64,000 bases of DNA from Clostridia bacterium (GCA_045576675.1 JAZNGX010000002.1:5170-69169); one strand, 5' to 3'; shown: positions 49,806-58,433, counted from the stretch's first letter. The notes: generated by a model from the letters alone, not told the origin. Numbers and translations: made by a program.

Positions 49806-50822
49806 ATGGGTAATATTAATTATTTCGTAAACTCAAACAGTTCAAAAGGCTTTGTTAGCTTTTTAAACTCAAATACTGATGGTATTAAGAATATTATTAA
49901 TTTAAGCAGTTATCCCTCGCTTGCGGCAGAGGATATAATAAAAAGTGTAATAAAAAGAGCAGAAGCTGCAGAAATATCAGCAGAGGTAATACATAACTGC
50001 CTCGATAACAGTATTGAAGGTGTTATAATTCGTGATTTGAGTGTTTGCGTAATTAACTGCCCTGTTTATTATAATGATTGCTTTTCGGTAAGCAGACTTG
50101 AAAACGAGCCACTGTTAAAGCGGTGCCGTGCATCACTTGATAATGCATATAAGTGCTTTGCTGATGCATTGTCAGTTCACGATGAATGGGAAAGAATATA
50201 TATTGATAATATTGACTTTTCAAAGCTTGACGTTCTTACAGAAGAGTTTTGCGAAAAGCTTGTTGGTAAAGTTCGTTTTGATAAAAACGGGATTTTGAAG
50301 GATAGGTTTTTTGGTGCAGCAACGGTAAACGGCTCTGTTGATTATATCGAGAATATCACACATGACGTTAAAAAACGTTATTTTATAAAGGGCAGACCCG
50401 GCAGCGGAAAATCTACAATGCTTAAAAAGCTTTCTGCAAAGGCTATTGATAACGGTTGTGATGTTGATGTTTATCACTGTGCCTTTGACCCCGCAAGCCT
50501 TGATATGATTATTATAAGGGAGCTTGATGTTTGCGTGTTTGACAGCACTGCTCCGCACGAATATTTTCCGTCACGTGATAGTGACGAGATAATTGATGTT
50601 TATGGTGCGGCGATAAATCCTGATACTGATGAAAAGTATAAAAAACAGCTTGATGATGTTTCGGTTCAGTATAAGTCACATATTTTAACGGCAACAAAAT
50701 ATCTTTGTGATGCAAACAGTTGTTGTGAAAAAATAAACAGAAAATATCTTGATAGGCTTGATTACAAAGAGCTTGAAAATGTGAAAAAGCTTGTTATAAA
50801 AAAATGCTTTGGCGAAATATAA
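49806..50822 (+). CDS. Uncharacterised tandem P-loop-fold protein (PRK06851-like); only the C-terminal module keeps Walker A/B
   Basis: Walker A is GRPGSGKST and Walker B-like is LDVCVFDS. An internal repeat is visible: VIHNCLDNSIEGVIIRDLSVCVIN versus VYHCAFDPASLDMIIIRELDVCVFD. ATG at 49806 is 8 nt after GGAGG. Confidence 0.55.
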   Translation: MGNINYFVNSNSSKGFVSFLNSNTDGIKNIINLSSYPSLAAEDIIKSVIKRAEAAEISAEVIHNCLDNSIEGVIIRDLSVCVINCPVYYNDCFSVSRLENEPLLKRCRASLDNAYKCFADALSVHDEWERIYIDNIDFSKLDVLTEEFCEKLVGKVRFDKNGILKDRFFGAATVNGSVDYIENITHDVKKRYFIKGRPGSGKSTMLKKLSAKAIDNGCDVDVYHCAFDPASLDMIIIRELDVCVFDSTAPHEYFPSRDSDEIIDVYGAAINPDTDEKYKKQLDDVSVQYKSHILTATKYLCDANSCCEKINRKYLDRLDYKELENVKKLVIKKCFGEI

Positions 50823-50829
50823 AATTAAT

Positions 50830-50858
50830 TTGACTGTATGAAAAAATTGTGATAATAT
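50830..50858 (+). promoter_or_regulatory. Candidate promoter of mgsA
   Basis: TTGACT (50830-50835) is followed by either TGtGATAAT (15 nt spacer) or TAATAT (17 nt spacer). Confidence 0.4.
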
Positions 50859-50879
50859 TTATATACGAGGTGACAAAAG

Positions 50880-51272
50880 ATGAAAATAGCTTTAATTGCT
50901 CATGACAAAAAGAAGGAAGAGATTATTCAGCTTGCAAAGAAGTTTAAAGACACACTTGCACAGCACGAGTTATACGCAACAGGTACAACAGGAACTATGA
51001 TTATGGGGGAAACTAAGCTTGAAATACACCGCCTTAAAAGCGGGCCGCTTGGCGGTGACCAGCAGATTGGTGCTATGCTTGCCGACGGCGAGCTTGACCT
51101 TATTATATTTTTGCGTGATCCGCTTACTGCTCAACCACACGAGCCTGATGTGTCGGCACTTTTAAGACTGTGCGATGTTCAGAAAATTCCGCTTGCTACA
51201 AATGAAAGCAGTGCATACATAATGCTTGAGGCTTTAAAGTGCGATATGTTTTTGAATGCAATAATTAAGTAA
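50880..51272 (+). CDS. mgsA: Methylglyoxal synthase
   Basis: The N terminus is [12 protein letters not shown], and ATGTTG and [11 protein letters not shown] are present. Length is 130 aa. Confidence 0.95.
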   Translation: MKIALIAHDKKKEEIIQLAKKFKDTLAQHELYATGTTGTMIMGETKLEIHRLKSGPLGGDQQIGAMLADGELDLIIFLRDPLTAQPHEPDVSALLRLCDVQKIPLATNESSAYIMLEALKCDMFLNAIIK

Positions 51273-51275
51273 TAT

Positions 51276-51312
51276 AAAAATGGCAGTCTCTATAAAAGAC
51301 ACTGCCATTTTT
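51276..51312. terminator. Bidirectional terminator between mgsA (+) and kdgK (-)
   Basis: AAAAATGGCAGT (51276-51287) pairs with ACTGCCATTTTT (51301-51312). The A and T runs can serve either direction. Confidence 0.7.
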
Positions 51313-51332
51313 AAAAAAGTTTTAGAATGTAA

Positions 51333-52352
51333 TTATCTCTGTACTCGTCCTGTGCCGTCGCCGCCCATTAGAGCTTTAACTTCACTAACTGTAACTTCAT
51401 TTAAATCACCCTCGATTGAGTGCTTTAAGCAAGAAGCGGCAACAGCAAATTCAATAATATCCTGATCGCTGTAGCCTTCTGAAATAGCATAAATCAAACC
51501 GCCGCCAAATGAATCGCCACCGCCAACACGGTCAACAATCTGCATTGTGTATGATTTTGAGAAATAGTACTGACCATTTCTGTAAAGCATTGCTGCCCAG
51601 TTATTAACTGATGCTGATATACTTGAACGAAGTGTGATTGCAACAGTTGGAATATCAAATGTTTCTGAAAGCTTTTTAGCAACATCCTTGTATCCCTCGT
51701 GTGAAAGCTCACCTGATGTAACGTCTGTGTTTGCAGCTTTGATGCCAAAGACCTTTTCGGCATCCTCTTCGTTTGCAATAAGAACATCAACATACTTCAT
51801 AAGCTCGCCCATAACCTTGCCTGCTTTTTCTGTTGTCCATAGCTTTTTGCGGAAGTTTAAGTCACAGCTTACTGTAACGCCTGCTTCTTTTGCAGCCTTA
51901 CAAGCATCAAGTGTGATAGCAGCACATTCATCGCTAAGAGCGGGAGTGATACCTGTGAAATGGAACCAGCAAGCTCCGTCAAAAATTTTCTTCCAGTCAA
52001 AATCAGCTTTTTCCGCTGTTGAAATTGAAGAATATTTTCTGTCATATGTAACCTTTGAAGGTCTTTGTGATGCACCCTTTTCGCAGTAGTATGTACCGAT
52101 TCTTTCGCCACCAAAAGCTACGTTTGATACATCAACGCCGTGAGCCTTAAGTGTTCTTAAAGCTGCCTCTGAAATGTCGTTATCGGGAAGCTTTGTTACG
52201 AAAGCTGCATCCTTGCCATAGTTTGCAAGTGAAACAGCAACATTTGCTTCGCCACCGCCGTAAGTAATTTCAAACATATTTGTCTGAACAATTCTTTTGA
52301 AGTCTACAGGACTGATTCTTGCCATAATTTCGCCGAATGTTACAAATTTCAT
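51333..52352 (-). CDS. kdgK: 2-dehydro-3-deoxygluconokinase (PfkB family sugar kinase)
   Basis: The PfkB signatures are an N-terminal GG..ANVA and a C-terminal DRVGGGDSFGGGLIY. Length is 339 aa. Confidence 0.8.
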   Translation of the reverse strand: MKFVTFGEIMARISPVDFKRIVQTNMFEITYGGGEANVAVSLANYGKDAAFVTKLPDNDISEAALRTLKAHGVDVSNVAFGGERIGTYYCEKGASQRPSKVTYDRKYSSISTAEKADFDWKKIFDGACWFHFTGITPALSDECAAITLDACKAAKEAGVTVSCDLNFRKKLWTTEKAGKVMGELMKYVDVLIANEEDAEKVFGIKAANTDVTSGELSHEGYKDVAKKLSETFDIPTVAITLRSSISASVNNWAAMLYRNGQYYFSKSYTMQIVDRVGGGDSFGGGLIYAISEGYSDQDIIEFAVAASCLKHSIEGDLNEVTVSEVKALMGGDGTGRVQR

Positions 52353-52357
52353 TGTTT

Positions 52358-52621
52358 TTACCTCCTGTTAATAAGATACAAAATAACTGCAAAGTTAAAC
52401 ACAACTGCAATAGGAATAAGTATTGCAAATTTATTGTGCTTTGTTTTGTGGTGAAAAACACGCATTCCTGTAAGAGCACCAACTCCGCCCATTAAAAAAG
52501 CAGAAAGAATAAGTGTTTTTTCACTGATTCGCCAACGGCCTTTTATGGCACGCCATTTATCTATGCCATACATTGCAAAAGTTATTAAGTTCCATATTAT
52601 TAAAATAATAATTGTTTTCAT
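52358..52621 (-). CDS. DUF1294 family small membrane protein
   Basis: This 87 aa protein carries the YGIDKWRA motif and has 2-3 TM helices. It lies 5 nt upstream of kdgK. Confidence 0.7.
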   Translation of the reverse strand: MKTIIILIIWNLITFAMYGIDKWRAIKGRWRISEKTLILSAFLMGGVGALTGMRVFHHKTKHNKFAILIPIAVVFNFAVILYLINRR

Positions 52622-52670
52622 AATTATATCACATCTGTTTTTATATTCAATATCAAAGTAACATTTGCAA

Positions 52671-53324
52671 TCAAATTGATAATATTTGCATAAAATACTT
52701 TGTTCTGCTTGGTTTTACTGCCAAAGGTGAAAGGTTTTCACATACTGAGGTAATACCTTGTATTACAAGAACAGGCTTGATGTTAAACGTATTTCCTGCA
52801 GATAAAATCATTTTTAACTTAACAACGTTGCCGTTGATTTCTATAATTTTGTAATCAAATATATGTTCTTTTATATTTACCTGTTTTATTTGTTTTTTGC
52901 TTTTTTTATCCACCATAATTTCAGGCATTTCAAGTGCTTTTAAAAGCTCTGCTTCATCAATTGGATTTTCATTTATAATTTCAATAATGTACTCGGCTTT
53001 TTCTATTTCCGGCATTTTTGTGTCCGTGATTTCAGCACTTACAACCTCAAGAGAATCTGGTGCTGTGTGGCTGTTGAAATCGCTTATGAATTTTGCAATG
53101 TCAGGTTCTTCGGTAATGCCGATATCCACCATTTCGCAATCGCTTGTAACACCAACACCTGTTGGCAGAATAAATGTCATCACAGGGTGAGGGTTAAAGC
53201 CTTCTGAATATTTAAGAGGGAAATCAATACGACGTAATACTCTAGAAAAGGTACGCAATATATCCAGATGCCCTACGTAACGTAAGCCTTCACATTTTTT
53301 GAATACAACTCTTAACTTACTCAA
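52671..53324 (-). CDS. Radical SAM-linked protein (TIGR03936/DUF2344-like)
   Basis: RYVGHLDILRTFSRVLRRIDFPLKYSEGFNPHP is typical of the family. TTG at 53324 lies 8 nt after GGAGGAGG (53340-53333). The gene overlaps the upstream stop by 8 nt. Confidence 0.8.
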   Translation of the reverse strand: MSKLRVVFKKCEGLRYVGHLDILRTFSRVLRRIDFPLKYSEGFNPHPVMTFILPTGVGVTSDCEMVDIGITEEPDIAKFISDFNSHTAPDSLEVVSAEITDTKMPEIEKAEYIIEIINENPIDEAELLKALEMPEIMVDKKSKKQIKQVNIKEHIFDYKIIEINGNVVKLKMILSAGNTFNIKPVLVIQGITSVCENLSPLAVKPSRTKYFMQILSI

Positions 53325-55140
53325 AGCAAATACCTCCTCCGAAAGAATTAGCACCACAGCCTGAACAATGCTCGCCACAACGTGCAGTTGTTTCGGCTTT
53401 TTTTGCTTTTTCGCTTTCACGTTTCAAAAAGCTTTGGGTAACTCCTGCGTTTATATGAGACCACGGCAAAACCTCGTCATAGTCACGTCTTCTTGTTACA
53501 TAGAAATCAGGGTTAATATCACAGGCTTTAAATACGTTCATCCAACGCTCAAAGTCAAAAAACTCGCTCCAACCGTCAAATTTGCAGCCTGCCTTGTGTG
53601 CTTCAATTAAAACCTTGTTAAGCCTTCTGTCACCGCGTGCAAAAACTGCTTCCATATAGCTTAAATCTGCATCGTGCCAGTTGTACTTTACATAACGTTG
53701 TTTAATAGAAGTCTGCAAAATACGTTGCTTTCTTTCAAGCTCAGCAATAGAATCCATAGGCTCCCACTGAAATGGAGTGTGAGGCTTTGGAACAAAGCAG
53801 GATGTACTTACTGTAACTGTAAGTCCCCTTGCACGGCTTTCTTTCGGCACTTTGAAATATTGGTCGCCAACAAGTGTTGCAAGATTTGCAATGCCCATTA
53901 CATCCTCGTCGGTTTCAGTAGGCAAGCCCATCATAAAGTATAGCTTAACACTGTTGTAACCACCGCTGAAGGCTGTGTAGGTTGAGTTTGAAATATCATC
54001 CTCAGTAATGTTTTTATTTATAACATCACGCAATCGCTGAGTACCTGCCTCGGGTGCAAATGTTAACCCTGCTTTTCGTATTCTTTCCATCAGTGCAAGA
54101 GAAAAGTTGTCAATTCTAAGAGATGGAACAGATAAATTAACGTGCTTTGGTGCAGTCATTTCGATAAGACCGTCTGTAAGCTCTTTTAGTCCTGTGTAGT
54201 CCGAAGTCGAAAGTGAGGTTAATGACATTTCCTCGTAACCGGTGTTTTTAATAAGCTTCTCGGCGTGTTCCATAAGCTTTTGCGGACTTTTTTGTCTTAC
54301 GGGTCGGTATATCATACCTGCCTGACAGAAGCGGCAACCACGTGTACAGCCACGGAAAACCTCCAGCATAATTCTGTCGTGAACTATATCAATATTCGGA
54401 ACAATAAAGTTGTCAGGATAATAAACGTTATCCATATCCTTTATTATTCTTTTGGTGATTTCTTTTTTTGCATTTTCGTTATTGGGTGTAATTGATTTAA
54501 CAGTGTTGTCATCATTGTACTCAACATCGTAAAACATTGGCACATATATGCCGTCAAGACAAGCGATTTGTTCAAAGAATTTAATTCTCTTTTCACCTGA
54601 TTTTTTCCAGTTGGCATATATGTCAATAACCTCGTTCATAATTTCTTCGCCTTCACCCATCATAAAGAAATCAACGATTTCAGCAAGAGGCTCAGGATTG
54701 TATGCACAAGGTCCGCCTGCACAAACAATGGGGTCATCCTCGCCACGCTGTGCAGTTGTAAGAGGAACACCGCCCAAATCAAGCATATTTACTATGTTTG
54801 TAAAGCTCATTTCGTACTGCAGTGTAAATCCTATAATATCAAATTTATTAAGCGGAGTTTTTGTTTCAAGTGAAAACAGAGGAAGATGATTGTCACGCAT
54901 TAACTGCTCCATATCCTTCCACGGAGCAAAAAAGCGTTCGCAGTATGCATCGTCACGGTTGTTGATTACCCCATACAGTATTTTCATACCGAGATGGCTC
55001 ATACCAACCTCATAAGTGTCGGGAAAACAAAAGCCGAAACGCACATCAACCTCATCGGGATTTTTGCTGACCATACCCCATTCGTTACCGGTGTAACGGG
55101 CAGGGCGTTCAACTTTATCTAAAAGTATATCTAAATTCAT
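53317..55140 (-). CDS. B12-binding-like domain radical SAM protein (TIGR03960-like, function unknown)
   Basis: The radical SAM motif is CTRGCRFC, and a C-terminal Cys cluster reads CGEHCSGCG. The start is taken at MNLDILLDKVERPARYTGNEWG (ATG 55140) rather than the ORF-track extension. Confidence 0.85.
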   Translation of the reverse strand: MNLDILLDKVERPARYTGNEWGMVSKNPDEVDVRFGFCFPDTYEVGMSHLGMKILYGVINNRDDAYCERFFAPWKDMEQLMRDNHLPLFSLETKTPLNKFDIIGFTLQYEMSFTNIVNMLDLGGVPLTTAQRGEDDPIVCAGGPCAYNPEPLAEIVDFFMMGEGEEIMNEVIDIYANWKKSGEKRIKFFEQIACLDGIYVPMFYDVEYNDDNTVKSITPNNENAKKEITKRIIKDMDNVYYPDNFIVPNIDIVHDRIMLEVFRGCTRGCRFCQAGMIYRPVRQKSPQKLMEHAEKLIKNTGYEEMSLTSLSTSDYTGLKELTDGLIEMTAPKHVNLSVPSLRIDNFSLALMERIRKAGLTFAPEAGTQRLRDVINKNITEDDISNSTYTAFSGGYNSVKLYFMMGLPTETDEDVMGIANLATLVGDQYFKVPKESRARGLTVTVSTSCFVPKPHTPFQWEPMDSIAELERKQRILQTSIKQRYVKYNWHDADLSYMEAVFARGDRRLNKVLIEAHKAGCKFDGWSEFFDFERWMNVFKACDINPDFYVTRRRDYDEVLPWSHINAGVTQSFLKRESEKAKKAETTARCGEHCSGCGANSFGGGICFE

Positions 55141-55239
55141 ATGCTCATTCCTTTCCAATATAATTATACTACATATTTTAAGAATTGGCAACATATTTTG
55201 TGGACTTGCTTAATATAAATGTAATGGAAGGGGATGCAT

Positions 55240-55548
55240 ATGAGAACAAGAAACAGGCATAAACAGCCGTTAAAAAAGAAAGACTTTAAATCGGTGATAC
55301 TGAATCAAAGCATTTTTTGCATAATACTTATTATATCTGTTATATGCATAAATTCAACAAATGCAAATAAAACCAATGTATTTATTCAAAATGTCAAGTA
55401 CAGCTTAAACACTTCAATTGATTACAAAATGACTGTGCAAAATATCAAAAATATGCTTAACAGGATTTTTAACGAAAGGGAAAATAATGATGATAATGAA
55501 GAAACTGAACAACCCGTTACGCCCGTTGACACCGGGGAAACACCTTGA
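55240..55548 (+). CDS. Hypothetical bitopic membrane protein (basic N terminus, one TM, acidic tail)
   Basis: ATG at 55240 is 6 nt after GGAAGGGG. One TM segment (IFCIILIISVICI) is present, with no recognisable domain. Its 3' end overlaps the M50 protease gene by about 60 nt. Confidence 0.4.
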   Translation: MRTRNRHKQPLKKKDFKSVILNQSIFCIILIISVICINSTNANKTNVFIQNVKYSLNTSIDYKMTVQNIKNMLNRIFNERENNDDNEETEQPVTPVDTGETP

Positions 55549-56383
55549 AATTCATATCTCAACAGTCGTTTTGTTTTGCATTGCACTTGTGCTTGATTTT
55601 GCAATTGACCTTGCAGTTACATATATGATTGTCCTTTTACACGAGCTTGCTCATTTTTGTGTAGCAAAAAAGCTTGGTGTTCCGGGGGATAAGCTTGTTA
55701 TAATGCCGTTTGGTGTTACAATGAGAATAAAAACAACAGCAATCGGCTCGCCTGAGGATGAAATCAAAATTGCTGTTGCAGGGCCTATGAGTAACGTTGT
55801 TATGGCTTTTTGTGCAATTGCTTTGCACAGTGCAGACTTGCTTGATACATATTGGGCAAATTATCTTACGGCTCTTAACTGCGGAATTGCATTGATGAAC
55901 ATTGTTCCGGCACTGCCACTTGATGGCGGGCGTATGCTTAAAGCGTATCTCACACTAAGGCAGGGGTATATTAAGGCATATAATCTCACTATGTTTATTA
56001 CAAGAATCACTGCAGTGGCTCTGATTATTCTCGGAATTGTATTAGTTTTTATCACTCGTTTTAATTTTTCTTTTATTATGATAGGGGCATTTCTTGTTGC
56101 CAATACCGTAAGCGAACAGCGTGGTAAAAGTCTTATCCTTATGCGTGAAATATTGTACAGCCGTCAGAAGCTTGAGGAAATCGGTGCAGAAAACAGCGGA
56201 GTTATAACTATGATGGCTGATGCACCTGCACGCAAGGCACTTAAAATTCTTGCTTACAATAAATATTACACAGTAAATATTGTTGACAATAATATGGAAA
56301 TTATTGGTACGGTAACAGAAACAAGGCTTATACAAAGGCTTATAGATAAAGGGATAAAAATTACTGCAAGAGAGTTGTTGTGA
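55487..56383 (+). CDS. Site-2 (M50) intramembrane metalloprotease with C-terminal CBS domain, SpoIVFB-like
   Basis: It has HELAHF (HExxH) in a TM helix, NIVPALPLDGGR (the NxxPxxxLDG motif), a C-terminal CBS-like module, and a length of about 298 aa. Confidence 0.8.
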   Translation: MMIMKKLNNPLRPLTPGKHLEIHISTVVLFCIALVLDFAIDLAVTYMIVLLHELAHFCVAKKLGVPGDKLVIMPFGVTMRIKTTAIGSPEDEIKIAVAGPMSNVVMAFCAIALHSADLLDTYWANYLTALNCGIALMNIVPALPLDGGRMLKAYLTLRQGYIKAYNLTMFITRITAVALIILGIVLVFITRFNFSFIMIGAFLVANTVSEQRGKSLILMREILYSRQKLEEIGAENSGVITMMADAPARKALKILAYNKYYTVNIVDNNMEIIGTVTETRLIQRLIDKGIKITARELL

Positions 56384-56432
56384 TTGACTTTGCCTTTGGT
56401 TTGTGGTAATATAAGGCAAAGGAGTGTTTAAA

Positions 56433-57560
56433 ATGAAACTTGATGCTTTAATTCCATTGCTTGACGGTATGGTAGATGGGAAAAAGCTTGCCGGCTCAAG
56501 CTGTGTGGTATATTATAAGAATGAAAAGGTGTTTGAACACAGTACGGGGTATGCAGACTGGGAAAATAAAATCCCCATGAATGGGGACGAACAATATTTT
56601 ATTTATTCAATGACAAAGCCTGTTACGTGTACTGCTGCAATGCAGCTTTATGAAAAGGGCAAGTTTTTGCTGTCTGACCCTGTTTATGATTACATACCTG
56701 AATTCAAGGATATGACAGTTAAAACACCAAACGGCATCGAAAAATGCGATGTGCCTATTACCATTGAGGATTTGTTCACTATGTCTTCAGGTCTTAATTA
56801 CGATTTAAACTCTGATGCTATAAAACAAGCACAAAAGGACACAGGCGGAAAGCTTACATCAGTTGAACTTGCACGTGCGATAGCAACTCAGCCACTAGAT
56901 TTTGTTCCCAAAACACGCTGGCAATACTCTTTGAGCCACGATGTTATAGCGGCTATCGTTGAAGTTATAACTGGTGAACGTTTTGGCGAATATATGAGAA
57001 AAAATATTTTTGAGCCTGTTGGAATGAAACGTACTGGCTTTGATGAAACTAAGTTTGATATGAATTCATTTGCAAAGCAGTATGCCTATAATGCAGAAAC
57101 AGACAGCCTTGAGCCACGTAAATTAAGAACTGCATATAAGCTTGGAAGTGAACACGATTGTGGTGGAGCTGGCCTTATAAGCTGTGTTGAAGACTATGGC
57201 TTGTTTGTGAAAGCTATGGCTAATAATGGTATATGCGATAACGGAGAACGAATTATTTCACGCAATACCATAGATTTAATGAGAACTAATTTTCTTGATG
57301 AAAACAGGCTTAAGGATTTCGGGGATTTTTATTCGAAATATGGATATGGGTACGGACTTGGAGTTCGTACAATGATTGACCGCGTAAAGGGCGGTGCTAA
57401 CGGCAGTCTTGGTGAATTTGGCTGGGACGGTGCCGCAGGCTCTTACGGACTTATGGATCCCGATGCAGGTGTTGCAATTGCGTATACTCAGCACGTGCTT
57501 GGGGCTATACCTGTTGATATGCACAGAAGAATGAAAAGCATCATATATTCAAATATATAA
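56433..57560 (+). CDS. Serine hydrolase, beta-lactamase/transpeptidase-like fold (class C/EstB type)
   Basis: The SxxK motif is YSMTKPV and a YS(L)SH region is present. There is no signal peptide. ATG at 56433 is 8 nt after GGAG. Confidence 0.75.
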   Translation: MKLDALIPLLDGMVDGKKLAGSSCVVYYKNEKVFEHSTGYADWENKIPMNGDEQYFIYSMTKPVTCTAAMQLYEKGKFLLSDPVYDYIPEFKDMTVKTPNGIEKCDVPITIEDLFTMSSGLNYDLNSDAIKQAQKDTGGKLTSVELARAIATQPLDFVPKTRWQYSLSHDVIAAIVEVITGERFGEYMRKNIFEPVGMKRTGFDETKFDMNSFAKQYAYNAETDSLEPRKLRTAYKLGSEHDCGGAGLISCVEDYGLFVKAMANNGICDNGERIISRNTIDLMRTNFLDENRLKDFGDFYSKYGYGYGLGVRTMIDRVKGGANGSLGEFGWDGAAGSYGLMDPDAGVAIAYTQHVLGAIPVDMHRRMKSIIYSNI

Positions 57561-58262
57561 TTATTTTATAAGCAAACCCTCTCGTACAGCGCGGAAAATC
57601 CGCTTGCGTACGTCAGGGTTTTCTTTTTCCAGATTATTAAGTAAATCTTTAACATATTGGCGTTTGGTAAAACCGTCGGCAGGACAGGGATTGTGTATAA
57701 TAGGAAGATTTTCCCTTTTTGCAAATGCAGTAATATCCTTTTCTTCAATATATATCATTGGTCTTATTACAGTAACACCAACTCTGTCAAGAAAACATTT
57801 TGCATCAAAGCAGCTTAGGCGTGCTTCGAAAATCAAAGACATATAAAAGGTTTCTATGCAGTCGTCAAAATGATGCCCAAGTGCAACCTTGTTGCAACCA
57901 CACTGAACTGCAAGCTCGTTTAATGCACCACGACGCATTTTCGCACAAAGCGAGCAGGGGTTGCTTTCTTTTCTTATGTCAAAAACAACCTCGGCTATAT
58001 CAGTCTTTTTAATTATACACTCAACGTTTATATCACGGCAAAACTGCTCAAAAGGAGAAGTATCTGTTCCATTAAAGCCCAAATCAAGCATAAGTGCCTT
58101 TATTTCAAATTTCTGAGGCAGATAAACACGCATTGCGGCAAGCACGCGTAACAGTGCCATACTGTCTTTTCCGCCTGAAACGCCAACGGCTATAACATCA
58201 CCGTCTTCTATCATATTAAAATCTGTTAATGCGCGTCTGACCGCACTTTGCATTTTTCTCAA
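57561..58262 (-). CDS. ttcA: tRNA 2-thiocytidine biosynthesis TtcA-family PP-loop ATPase
   Basis: The PP-loop is VGVSGGKDS and a CSLC Cys pair is present. TTG at 58262 (6 nt after GAGGG) or ATG at 58253 is the start. The ORF-track N-terminal 80 aa is low-complexity read-through of the intergenic region. Confidence 0.85.
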   Translation of the reverse strand: MRKMQSAVRRALTDFNMIEDGDVIAVGVSGGKDSMALLRVLAAMRVYLPQKFEIKALMLDLGFNGTDTSPFEQFCRDINVECIIKKTDIAEVVFDIRKESNPCSLCAKMRRGALNELAVQCGCNKVALGHHFDDCIETFYMSLIFEARLSCFDAKCFLDRVGVTVIRPMIYIEEKDITAFAKRENLPIIHNPCPADGFTKRQYVKDLLNNLEKENPDVRKRIFRAVREGLLIK

Positions 58263-58293
58263 AATAATCCCTCTTTGATAACAATTTTTTAAC

Positions 58294-58302
58294 AGTATAA
58301 CA
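58294..58302 (-). promoter_or_regulatory. Extended -10 promoter element for ttcA
   Basis: The minus strand reads TGTTATACT (TGnTATACT). It lies about 30 nt upstream of the RBS. Confidence 0.4.
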
Positions 58303-58330
58303 TACAAAAAGTAAAAATCGAAATTGAGTA

Positions 58331-58370
58331 AAACAGAGAAAAACAGAGAAAAAACGAGCAAAACAGAGGT
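58331..58370. repeat. Four tandem 10-nt units AAACAGAGAA (phased A-tracts) between the divergent ttcA and rplM promoters
   Basis: The four units are 58331 AAACAGAGAA, 58341 AAACAGAGAA, 58351 AAAACGAGCA and 58361 AAACAGAGGT. Confidence 0.7.
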
Positions 58371-58404
58371 TGAAAAATATAAATTATTTTTTTGAGAAAA
58401 ATGC

Positions 58405-58433
58405 TTGACAATGGTAAAAAGTTGTGTTAGAAT
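58405..58433 (+). promoter_or_regulatory. rplM-rpsI promoter
   Basis: The sequence reads TTGACA (58405-58410), a 17 nt spacer, then TAGAAT (58428-58433). The ORF-track start at 58405 is the -35 box. Confidence 0.65.

Noticed and set aside
51280-51465. A 61 aa plus-strand ORF after mgsA.
   Set aside because: It starts inside the bidirectional terminator and runs antisense through the 3' end of kdgK. It has no RBS and no recognisable sequence.
52622-52670. An extended -10-like TGATATAAT immediately upstream of the DUF1294 ATG, as a second leaderless candidate.
   Set aside because: The -10 ends only 1-2 nt before the ATG, so the geometry is wrong for a transcript starting at the start codon. 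Read-through from the radical SAM pair is more likely.
53325-53420. The longer ORF-track starts for the DUF2344-like gene (53420) and the radical SAM gene (55194).
   Set aside because: The extensions overlap the upstream gene or lack an RBS. Internal starts (TTG 53324 after GGAGGAGG; ATG 55140 giving MNLDILLDKVERPARY) fit the family N termini.
57551-57570. A zero-nucleotide gap between the convergent serine hydrolase (stop 57558-57560) and ttcA-like (stop 57561-57563) genes, with no terminator between them.
   Set aside because: This is unusual but not informative on its own. Any termination signals must lie inside the opposing coding sequences, and I could not identify a convincing hairpin there. 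It is noted only as a curiosity.
58331-58370. The tandem repeat considered as a CRISPR array or minisatellite.
   Set aside because: The units are only 10 nt, directly abutting with no spacers, and there are only four copies. No cas genes lie in the window. Phased A-tract curvature or a protein-binding array is the better reading.
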